Positions 1-18,085 of a DNA stretch of 64,000 nt are shown piece after piece (the stretch's first letter is position 1; each line of letters opens with the position of its first letter). This DNA comes from Podarcis pityusensis. Taxonomy: Eukaryota. The position numbers and the translations under genes were made by a program. The notes beneath the pieces are model-generated. The model saw only the letters and a list, made by a program, of their open reading frames with translations, was not told the DNA's origin and did no database searches. The stretch is from the NCBI GenBank assembly GCA_964106645.2, contig OZ067045.1; one strand, written 5' to 3'.

Positions 1-58
1 TTTATGCCATTGTGTTCCGTAAGCTTGATGTTTTGTAACACAGCCATGTACGTTTTAA

Positions 59-7983
<7,925 letters not shown>

Positions 7984-10900
7984 GTGGTGCTGCTGCTGCT
8001 TTAAAGGGTTTCATAAAGTGCTGTTTTCTTGTGTTCTCTTTACATCACCCGAACTACTTGCTAAAGCGAAAACTGTAAGTAAAAAAATGCAGTGATATTT
8101 CTAACGGTCGGAATGTTATTTATGTCAACAGGAAAATGGATTTATTTCACAAGCTCTTGAAGTAACTGAACAGTAAATACTCCATTTAGGGAAAGGTTCG
8201 CTGAAACCATTATCCTCAACTGACAGAGCCGTTTTCAATGCCTATTGCTAATCTAAAGCTTAGCCATATAATAGGAATTTCACACTAATGTGTTACCTTA
8301 AGGGGTTTAATCTTACTGCCTCAAAACTATCTAAAGGGGGTTAAATTCATTTTAGGTAAATTTTTAAAAACTGACATGACTGACTACATTTATGAAGCAG
8401 CATTTCCAGAAAGGGAGAGGGAGACTTGAGTAACTGCTTAGGCCTTATGGTTCCTCACTCAATTACTGCTGCTTCTTTTTTAGAAATGATAAAAATATCG
8501 GTATCTTCCTGCTGATACAGGCATCATAAAAAAGTAGCAAATTGTTTGGCTTAGGTTATTTTTTTCAGTATGAGATGCTGAGAATGTATAATTAAGTCTT
8601 GATGGACCTTAATGGTTCACCAGAACCTTCTCATAGTACTTAAATATCTCTCTCTCTAAAATCAGGCATTTCAGAATGCTAGAAGTGCCATAACTTGGAT
8701 CAGAGTGGGTAGGAACAAGTGGTCTTAGCTAAACTTTGAAGGGAGGTTTACCTCTTTATCAAATAATATTTAACACGTCAAAATCCAGTTTCTTGAGTAC
8801 ACAGAAATCTGATGAAAACTCAATGGAAGTTACTAGTTTACCCCATTGTAACATTGTTATAAAATAGCCACTAAAAGCACTTCATTCACACTTGTTTCTC
8901 AAAAGGAGCTGTTTCCATGCCTTCTAGAATAGCTTGAGTTCCTGTCTGTGGTTTCAAGCTTCAGCTGCTTAACTGCCATTGACTTCAGTGGAAGTTCAGC
9001 AGCCTCCAATGTTATTTTTCTCTTGAAACTAGTGTTATGTTTCATTTGGGTGGAGCCCTCTCCCAGTTCTTGCCATATTGCTGCATTTCCCTTTACTCTG
9101 GCAGTTCATTGCTTGTAAACAGATTTGTACACATATATGTATTATTTTCAGACAGCTGCAGAACTTTAAAAAATGTATTTATTATACATTAAAAGCTCAG
9201 CTTTCATGGTGCTAATTGAGTTTGGGTCACCCCCTGCCCCTCAAAATTTCTGAACTGTGAAGTTGGACCAATGGAAAATATTTTGTGTCATTTTAAAAGA
9301 AGCTTTAAATGTTGAACGCAAAAATATTTCAAGGCATTTTGTAGAAAATCCAAACTAGAATCCCTATTATTATTCAATCTGTTACTTGTTTCTAAACTAG
9401 GTGCATTTATAAAAAGTGAGTGCATAAATTCACTGTACAACAAACTGTACAACAACCAAGTTTATTTTAAATATGAGATTGAAAATGTGGATTGTTTTGT
9501 GTTCTTGAGAAATATAACAAACGGAGAAATTGAGAAGGTGCTATATTTCACTTCCTGCTATGAGCTCTTTAAGACTGTACAGAATCCAATTGGTCACAAA
9601 CCTTGATGAAATACTTCTGGCTACTACTGTTACCTTTGTATTCAGTCCTTGCATCAATATTGTATCCTCAACCTGAAACTTCTGATGCGCTTAGAAACAG
9701 GAAATTATTGGGCAACTATTTAATAGCTGAGATCATACAAAGCGTTATCAACATTCCACCTCCTATCTGTCTATTTACTGCAATTAGTTGAAAGCTTGGT
9801 AAAAATTACTCGGTTTATTTTAAATGTTTCATTTCAAAACCATGGCGAAGGCTCTTTGTCACAAACCTTTACTTTGTTTTGTTTTTTTCCTTAATGGATC
9901 ATGCCTGTCTGTTACACTACAAGAAAATTGTGAAACCACGAGCTTATAAAACTAATTATATTTTTATTGAAGTTACGTATTGATTTTTAGGCATGTAAAG
10001 CTTTTTGCAGGAATACAATATGTGAAGAACAATTGAAATGAATTGGGGAGGCCAGGCAAAGTGCATATGTATTCAGAAGGTTCCTACCATTTTGTATATG
10101 TAATCTTCCATTGCTGTTAAATAGTAAAGGGAAGTATTTTATTTTTATTTTTTTAAGCTAACTATAGTCTCAATACTTAAAAGTTTGATATTACCTTCAA
10201 TTGCACAAGAAAAGCATCCTTCATACTGACACTTTTTTTTTTCATTTTCATTTTAAAGCCCACGGGTTGCTATCAGTTCACTCTTCAAATTTACACACTT
10301 GCCATGTAGCAGACTTGAGGCTGAAACCAGTTTGTTGATCATGTTACCTATCTTGGAGTGTGAGCTGTTTGGATTTAGGGAGTTTTTGTTTAGAGCACTT
10401 TTTCAGACATACAGCATGTCTTCCCTGTTTTAGGATTTTAAAAAGATAAATGCATACTGCTAACTATAGTGTTTTATTTCTTCCCCTCCCCCCCCCCCCA
10501 TTTAATTTATGGAGAAGCAGATTCAGTGCTCTGTTCTGTTATGGGCGAAAAGCTTCCATTTATACTTCTGGCTGCAATTCCAATATACACTTGCTTTAGA
10601 GTAAATTGCATTACACTTGCATTATTTCCATAGAGATGTGCTGTGGATGACATCCTTACAATGTTCATCCTGTTGTGCTCAATGAGAAAACTCTTTCAAT
10701 GGATCAGCACTGCACTTGTTTGGGCTGGTTAGGATTAATTTAGCGTGTGATACAGGCTAGTAGTAGGAAGAAGGGCAGGAGGGCAATGGGATCACTGCTA
10801 CCCCACTTTTAGGCCCACTGGGCATCTAAACATAAAAAGTAATATTTCTATAGGACCGGCAAACACACAATTAAATGATTGCAGGTCCAAATTATGATCT

Positions 10901-11671
10901 TATTATTCTAGGAAATGTTTACCTGTGTGGTTTGGGCCTTCATGTGCTTTGGCACGTGTCCAACTGATGGGCATTTTGGTTGGTGTAGAGGTAAGATTAG
11001 TAGACAGGGCATGGGGTGGGATGATTCTCTTCTCTTGTTTCCCATCCCCGTAATCTGACCATATTTTATTTTTCTTAACCAGCCCTTTGACTGTAGCATA
11101 AGCAACTTATTTGGAAACATGGTGTTGGAATCAATGGAGCTTGCTTCCAATTAACTGTGGCTTCAACAGCTTCACCAATAGAGGCTGTATTCCTTGTTCT
11201 TAGCTTGAAAAAACATTGTGGCATTCAGCTAGTTGCTGCATTTTTAAAGCACTTATTTAATCATTTAAAATGAAAATGTACAGTTGGTGCTCAAAGTAAT
11301 GTTAAAATATATTTAATAGAAATGTGCATTTGATATTCATGGGCATGGGTACATATATTTTTTTAAGAAAAAGGAATTGTAATACTATGGCACTGTTTTT
11401 TATAGCCAAAGTATAAAACTTTTAGAAAACTGACATGTAAAAGACTGTAGATCTTGCATTATCTGAATGACAGGATGACTTACTTTATAAGATACTTTCC
11501 CGCACATTAAGCTGCATGCCTTAAGTTCTCTCTAGGTTTGTCTTGTTTGGAAACTACGGAAGCAAACTTTGTAGTACAACTTTGACTACCTTCTGAAATA
11601 CTGTACATTGTTAGAATAATTTATTTTGCTTTACAGAAGTTTTGTCATGTATTGACTAATTGTATTTTGGT

Positions 11672-11677
11672 AATAAA
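11672..11677 (+). terminator. Probable ZNF507 polyadenylation signal (AATAAA) ending a ~3.7 kb AU-rich 3'UTR
   Basis: AATAAA preceded by several TGTA elements and followed by T/GT-rich sequence. The stretch between the stop codon and this site looks free of repeats. Confidence 0.6.
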
Positions 11678-13152
11678 CTCCTTTGTTAAACACATCAATA
11701 TTGTGCTCTCGATTGCATATGCTTTACTGAACACAAGAAAGTTAGCTTGTAAATATAGCCTTTCTCTTTGTTTAAAAATGAACACATATACCTAAACATG
11801 CTAAAAGAGCCAGTGTAGAGTATTGAATAAATACCTGAGCTATGAATCAGTGAATCTACAATTCAAAATAGTGCATGAACTCCCTAAGTTTCCTGAATCG
11901 CTTATCTAGGTTACCCTAAGCCCCCACCCCACCCCCAGTATGGGGTGACCTACTTTAGCAGGTGGTTCTAAAGAATGGCTGTGATAATATATATCGAGAC
12001 TCTTGAACACCAAAGTGCTATATAAATGCTGTTTTGTATTACCTGCATTCCTCCCAAGCCATATACTGACCATGGATGGTGATGCCTTTGAGGCTTAATT
12101 AAACCACCTGTTTGTGTTGCCTGCCTGGGACAACAAAGGGAGGACAAGGGACTTACTGAGGATGCTCTCTGTTCAATGAGTTGTGCTCAGCTGTGAGTCA
12201 TAAACTGAGAAAGGGATATGTTTCCTGTTTTTCTAGTGAGCCTAATTTAGCATTTTGCTCTCATGTATGATAGGCATGTAAAAGTTGACTATGAACTGAA
12301 TTATAGTTGTCATGTTAGGGGATTCTTCAGCTAACTTTTTAAAATTCTCAATTACTACATGTGTCAGAGCTTTGCAATATCTGTAAAAACACATTACTAT
12401 TGTCTGTGCATACCTTACCACTTATTTGGGACTTTCTTGTGTAAGGCAGCCTCCTGAGACAAACTTGATTGGTCACGGAGAGTAAGAACACAAAGGGAGA
12501 CGGATCTTCTGATCACCGTTTCCGTGTTTTATGCCACAAGCTCTCACAAATTGAACATTCAGCAGAAACATGTGATGCAATTCTATTTAATTTGAAAAAA
12601 AGTATATCCTGTCTTCAAGGTGGCTTATAATTTCAATTAAAATCACTACAAACAAAAACAAGCAGTTAAAAATCATCAAATATGGTTGAAGTGAATTACT
12701 ATTAAAAAAAACAGAACTTGAGTGAATGGAACAAGTTTGGCTTGGCATCCCAAAGCTATTCATGACAGAGCTGGTCTAATCTCCTTGGAGAGCAAATTCC
12801 AGAGCCAGGAAGCCTCTTTGAGATAATCCTCTGGTAGCCACCAACTTAATCCCTGAAGAAAGAGTATTAGAAAACCAGTAAGTAAAGAATATAAATAAAT
12901 GTTAAAGCATATCTAGCAATGAAGTTCTGCACTATATTCGTGGGCCTAATTCTGCTCTAGTAGTCCCACAATACCGAGTCACTAAGGTTTGAACATTTTC
13001 ATGAATCATACTTGCCCAAGCAGAGTATTAGGTGCAAGGAACTTTGCTAGATGGGTGTGGCTCATTTCTCTCCTTTAAGAACTGCCCTGCTGGATCAGAC
13101 CAAAGACCTATCTCATACAACACTTGGTTTTCATTCAATATTTTTGTTTTGC

Positions 13153-13509
13153 CAGGTGTTCCCAAACTGGTCCATTCAGGTGGCCTATGGTGTGTATGTG
13201 GCTTTGTGGTTGAAGATGGGAGACAGCACATCCATTGCATTAAATGTTCATAGTGATACTTAATTTTTATTATTTTATTCCTTACACTTCATTTTATTGT
13301 ACTGAAATCTAAATTCTATAGAATCCAAATTGTAATACAATAAACCAACAATATATAGGAATTAAAAGAAGCAATAAAAATAAAAGTAAAAATCATAGTG
13401 TCTAGCACAGTGCATTACAGTTGCTACAAGAGGCAGAAACATTAAGTGCTACACGAAGCCCTCAGCAGTTTTCAAGTGGTCCATGGCAGAAAAAGTTTGG
13501 GAACCACAG
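13153..13509. mobile_element. hAT (Charlie-like) non-autonomous element, degenerate
   Basis: Imperfect TIRs caggtgttcccaaact / agtttgggaaccacag. Confidence 0.5.
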
Positions 13510-13817
13510 CCCTAGGAAATAAAATGGGGGCATGAAGAAAACAGCTGTTTGTCCTCCAGTATACTGCCTACTGGAGCCCTTGAGACAAATGGAGATGTGG
13601 GGGGAAGGAAGGCCTTTAATATGTATTCATTTACTGCATTTATATTCCACATTTTTCTCCATAAAGCTCAAGGTGGCTTATATGGTTATCCCCCTCTTAT
13701 TACTAGACCTCAAAAATTACAGGTGGTGGCGGTGGTAGCTAAGGAGCTGGCATCTAGCAACATAGTTTTGATTATTAAAAACTGGGGGGAATGCTAGTAC
13801 ATCCTAGCGGTCTGACA

Positions 13818-13950
13818 TAAGGTTACCAGACGTCCCCATTTACCGGGGACAGTCCCCGGATTTACAAATTGGTCCCCTGACAAAATCCATCTATTTAGTA
13901 GGAAGTTGAAAAGTGTCCCAGGATTCATTGAAAAAAATCTGGTAACCTTA
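13818..13950. mobile_element. hAT (Tip100-like) MITE, 133 bp
   Basis: Perfect 13-bp TIR taaggttaccaga / tctggtaacctta; 8-bp TSD gtctgaca / gtctaaca (7 of 8 match). Confidence 0.85.
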
Positions 13951-14394
13951 GTCTAACAGGATATGAGAATGATGGCAGTGGAGACTGCACTGCATCAGCA
14001 AAGGATGAACTGATAGATTTAATCAAAGGGGGAAAGGAGTCCTCTGAAATGAAAGTGGGAGAAAAATAACCTGTTTATTCCTGCAGACTTTTCTTTCCTT
14101 TTTTTAAATACTGTTTTTATTTTCATGGTACTGAAGATAAATTTTGAGAAAACAATTGTTACAACAGTAAACAACAAGTAACTTGTCCTGATAAAATTAC
14201 AGACTTTTATCATGTCATGTGTTAAAAGTTTCATTTGGTTACTCTGAGCTGCAAAGGACTGAGCTGCAACAATTGAAAGTGTCTCCAAAATGATCCAGTG
14301 GAACCAGAAATTCCTTTAGCTTCCATCTTGGTGCAGAGGTAGCACATGTGGTGCCCTCCAGATGTTGTTAGGCTGAAACTCCCATCATCCCACT

Positions 14395-14876
14395 CTGAAT
14401 TTCAGAAGGAGGGTCTTCTCCAGCCCTACCTGGAGATACCTTTGGGGATTGAACCTGGGATCTTCTATATGCAAATCTCAACCACTGAGCTACAGCCCTT
14501 TAGGGGACATAGTGTAGACTGAGTTTCCTGATGGGCAGCAGCTCTCCAGGGTTTCAGAAGGGGATCTCTCTCCCCAGCCCTACCTGGAGATGCCAGAGAT
14601 TGCACTTGGCACCTTCTGCATGCAAAGCAGATGCTCTACCACCTGAGCTATGGCCTTTCTCCAAAGACATACAGGAACACAGGAAGCTCCCTTATACAGA
14701 GTCCGACCAATGGTCCACCTAGCTCAGTGCTGTCTACACTGACAGGCAACAGCTCTTCAAGGTTTCAGGCTGGGGGGGTCTCTTTCCCAGCCCCCCCCCC
14801 CTTATCTGGAAATGCCAGGGGGCACTGAACCCGGGACCTTCTGCATGCAAAGCAGGTGCTCTACCAACTGAGCTGA
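14395..14876 (-). mobile_element. Three tandem copies of a tRNA-derived squamate SINE
   Basis: Repeated unit cccagccctacctggagatgcc.gggattgaacctgggaccttctgcatgcaaagcagatgctctaccactgagcta, whose reverse complement is a tRNA-like head with A/B boxes. Confidence 0.75.
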
Positions 14877-14884
14877 ACGCCACA

Positions 14885-15022
14885 CGTGCCCTTTATGGCC
14901 TCACAGTCTCTCTCCGCCCAACCTACCTCACAGGGTTGTTGTGAAGATCAAATCAAGGGGGGGGAAGTGTGTGTTCGCCACCTTGAGCTCCTCGGAGGAA
15001 AATGTGAGTTTTAAATACAAAT
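14885..15022 (+). mobile_element. Old MIR/CORE-type SINE remnant
   Basis: acctacctcacagggttgttgtgaagatcaaat core-like motif with an L2-like tail. Confidence 0.55.
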
Positions 15023-15029
15023 CAAGAGG

Positions 15030-15630
15030 TGGGGGCGTCGGGAAACTCCTCCCCTTAGAAACTCCCCCCCCCCACAAACTCCCCATCCTCCTCTTTCGTG
15101 CCCACACACCTCCCCTCCTCAAAGAGCCCTCTCCCCCCCCCCTCACAAGCGGGAGGCGCCTCACTCCGCCATCGCCTCCCGCCTCCCTTTCCCTCTCCCG
15201 CCTTCGTCCCTGAGGGAGGCTGAGGCGGCGGCGGTTCCATTCCTCCCTCCGTGACACACCGGGGCCGTCACCGCATGCCTGCCCGCCCCCCCCCCCAAGT
15301 AGGTAAGGGGCTTCGGGTGGGGATGGGGGAAAGGGGTCCCCTCAGGGCTGGCGGGGAGACGCTTGGCCCCGGAGAGCGAGGCCAAAAAATAAAAAAGGAC
15401 GAGGCCGTGCTGGCGGCTGAGGGGACGAGGAGGAGGAGGCCTAGGCCGCCCCGCAACGCCCCCCTTCCCCAGCCCCTCGTGGGTGCCTCGCCTGACCCAC
15501 CCAGCGCACCCTGCGGAGGCTTCTCCCTCCTTCCCCGCTTCTCCGCCTTTCTCCGAAGGACGCCGTTTCTTGGCACAAATCTCAGCCCCTCCCAAGGCGG
15601 GGGGACGGGAAAGAAGAGGAACGACGCCTA
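15030..15630. promoter_or_regulatory. CpG island / DPY19L3 promoter
   Basis: Abrupt GC- and CpG-rich segment with GC boxes (ccgccc) in an AT-rich background, 2.6 kb upstream of the first coding exon. Confidence 0.85.
15170..15302 (+). other. DPY19L3: Putative non-coding first exon of DPY19L3 (start approximate)
   Basis: Lies inside the CpG island and ends at the consensus donor TAG|gtaagg (15303), followed by intronic G-runs. Confidence 0.6.
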
Positions 15631-15974
15631 TATATACATTGTTCTAATTCTGTCGGTGTTTAATTGTGTTTTTAAAAACGGTTTTCCTCCTTCTCTCCCC
15701 CGCCTCTATGCTTTGAGCTCTTTCTGTTTTATCTGCAATCCGCCTGGAGCCCCTGCCAATGGGGGGGGGGGGGGGAGAGAGACTGGTATCGAAATAAATA
15801 GGAACAAGAGATGGAGGCTCCCCAGACAGACAAAACAGACACGTGTGCCTGTTTTTATGGAGGGTTTGGGTTTGGGGAAAATAATGCACTGCCGACACTT
15901 TTCAGCATGCCACCTGTCTGTCTGTGCATGGCGATATTGGTTTGCAAGAGGGGGGTGGGTATGGGGTCCCACCA

Positions 15975-16284
15975 CCCCAGCTCAGGGGAGAAGCATCTTC
16001 TTGGCATACAGAAAGGCCCAGGTTCAGTTCCTCCCCAGAATCCTGGAGAGATGCTGACAGCCAGGGTAGATAGCACTGAAGCAGATGGGTCATTGATTTG
16101 CTCTGTATAAGGCAGCTTCTGATGTTCCTAAGGTCCCAGGTTCAACCTGTGGCATCTCCAGGTAAGCCTGGGAGAGATACGCTGCGTGAAACCCCTGGGA
16201 AGCCGCTGCTAGTCACTGTAGACCGCACAGAGGTAGATGGTGCATTGGTCTGACTTTGCATAAAACGGTTTCCTATGTTCCTAT
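15975..16284 (+). mobile_element. Two tandem copies of the same tRNA-derived SINE, forward orientation
   Basis: agctcag..gagaagcatct...aaggtcccaggttcaacc..tggcatctccaggta...tail ttcctatgttcctat. Confidence 0.7.
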
Positions 16285-16285
16285 A

Positions 16286-16510
16286 CAGTGGTACCTCGGG
16301 TTACATACTTAATTCGTTCCGGAGGTCTGTTCTTAACCCGAAACTGTTCTTAACCTGAGGCGCACTTTCACTAATGGGGCCTCCCGCTACCACCGCGCTG
16401 TCGGCGCATGATTTTTGTTCTCATCCTGGGACAAAGTTCTCAACCCTAGGTACTACTTCCAGCGTAGCGGAGTTTGTAACCCGAAGCGTTTGTAACCTGA
16501 GGCACCACTG
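16286..16510. mobile_element. Tc1/mariner (Tigger/pogo-like) MITE, copy 1
   Basis: TIR cagtggtacctcgggttac / gtaacctgaggcaccactg, flanked by TA target-site duplications. Confidence 0.88.
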
Positions 16511-16784
16511 TATGTCTTTGGGGTCAATGGAAGAGCATCTGCTTCGCATGCAGGTCACATTGAGTTCAACAGGACTTGTTCCTGTACATTGCGTGTATAA
16601 TTCATGTAATGAATTTTGGAGTTGACCTATTTTTTTGAAAATTCGATAATAGCCGTATTTCCACACACTCCTTTCCCCACGACTTGGTCTGGTGGTCATG
16701 TTTATTTGATCACCCAGGCTAACAAACCCACATTTATTCAGTGTGTGTGTGTGTGTGTTTCCTTTCTGGCAAAACTAGAAAAGA

Positions 16785-16945
16785 CATTCTGCCTTACCCT
16801 GAGTCATAATGTTGGTCCATCTAGTTCAGTATTGTATACACTGACTGGCAGTGGCTCTCCAGGATTTCAGACAAGAGTCTCTCTTGGCTGTACCTGGAGA
16901 TGCCGCAAATTGAACCAGGGATCTTCTGCATGCTCCACCACTGAC
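16785..16945 (-). mobile_element. tRNA-derived SINE copy, reverse orientation
   Basis: Same family as 14395-14876. Confidence 0.6.
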
Positions 16946-16991
16946 CCACCCCACAACTCAATGGGATTTACTCCCAGGTAAGCATGTATAG

Positions 16992-17139
16992 CAGGGCTGA
17001 TGAACCTTTGCCTCTCCAGGATGAACCTTCACCTTTTTGGATTACAGCTCCCATCAGCCTTGACTATTAAGATGTAGGCTGTGGTTGATGGGAGATGTAG
17101 TTCAGTATCATCTGGAGGGCCAAATGTTTCCTGCCCCTG
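16992..17139. mobile_element. Palindromic hAT-like MITE
   Basis: cagggct...gcccctg ends; internal ctcccatca/tgatgggag inverted repeat. Confidence 0.6.
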
Positions 17140-17982
17140 ATGACTAGGATTGTAGCTTTGTTGTGTCAAATGAAGTAGACTCCAGTCCATTAAAGTTTCT
17201 GCCACAGTAAATCTGTGGTGCCCTGCATACTATTTTTACCGTGGAGAGATGGAACATATATCTCCTTATATCAAGTTTTTATTCCACTAATAACCACTCT
17301 CCCTCCATGGAGCTCAGGGTAGCAAACGTGGTTCTTCTACTTCAACAGTCTGGCGGACCAACAACAACCCTGTAAGTTAAATTAGGCTGAGAGAAAATGA
17401 TGGACCCAAGTTCAGTCTGAGGGGAGATGGGACTCCTTGTGCTCATCTGATTTACATTGGAGCTTCTCACATGGAAGTTGCAAACTGTACCACTTGCATT
17501 TTCATGAGCTTAAAAAATGCCTTAAAAATATTTCTGTCTGCTACAGAGACAGGCACATCAAGAGCCCCCTAAAATATTAGGAAATTTGCAAGCATTCATA
17601 CTTTTGAATGATACTCTTAAACTATTCCAATGGGGAATAAATTAAATGAGCTATGTTTTACTCTGAGTCCTTTGCACTGTTATCTGCAAGTTATCTCAAA
17701 TGGTTCTGTGCATTTGATAATAAAATATTTATTTTGCTAATTTATTTTTGACAAGTTGAAACAATATGATTATTTATTCTTGGATATTTTGCAAAAATAG
17801 CAAGACGGTAATTTAAGTGATGATTTCCTGCTATCTGTGAAATATATAGCCATATATTTTTGCATACATTTTAAGGGTGTTAGTAATGATAGAGTGTTAA
17901 ATGTTTAATTGCTTCCATATTACTTTATGTACGTATATTTAGGAACCAGCGCAAAGTATAATGTGTGAATATTACTGACATC

Positions 17983-18085
17983 ATGACAGCTGTTAGACAG
18001 AGAAAGGGAATAAAAGCCACAGAAGTTCCAGAAGAGAGTGTATTCCACGAGAAGAACTGGAAACTTAATGGGAAAACTCTAGCTG
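17983..18085 (+). CDS. DPY19L3: DPY19L3 coding exon 1 ([15 protein letters not shown]...; the exon begins at 17943)
   Basis: tttag acceptor at 17941-42, ATG in the context gacatcATGa, donor G|gtaggt. Confidence 0.88.

Noticed and set aside
14395-14876. Spaced direct repeats resembling a CRISPR array
   Set aside because: Vertebrate DNA; the units are diverged SINE copies of uneven length, with no cas genes.
15251-16057. 268-aa ORF and several overlapping ORFs on both strands in the CpG island
   Set aside because: Low-complexity Pro/Arg/Gly-rich translations are expected from GC-rich DNA. The ORF runs through a splice donor into SINE sequence.
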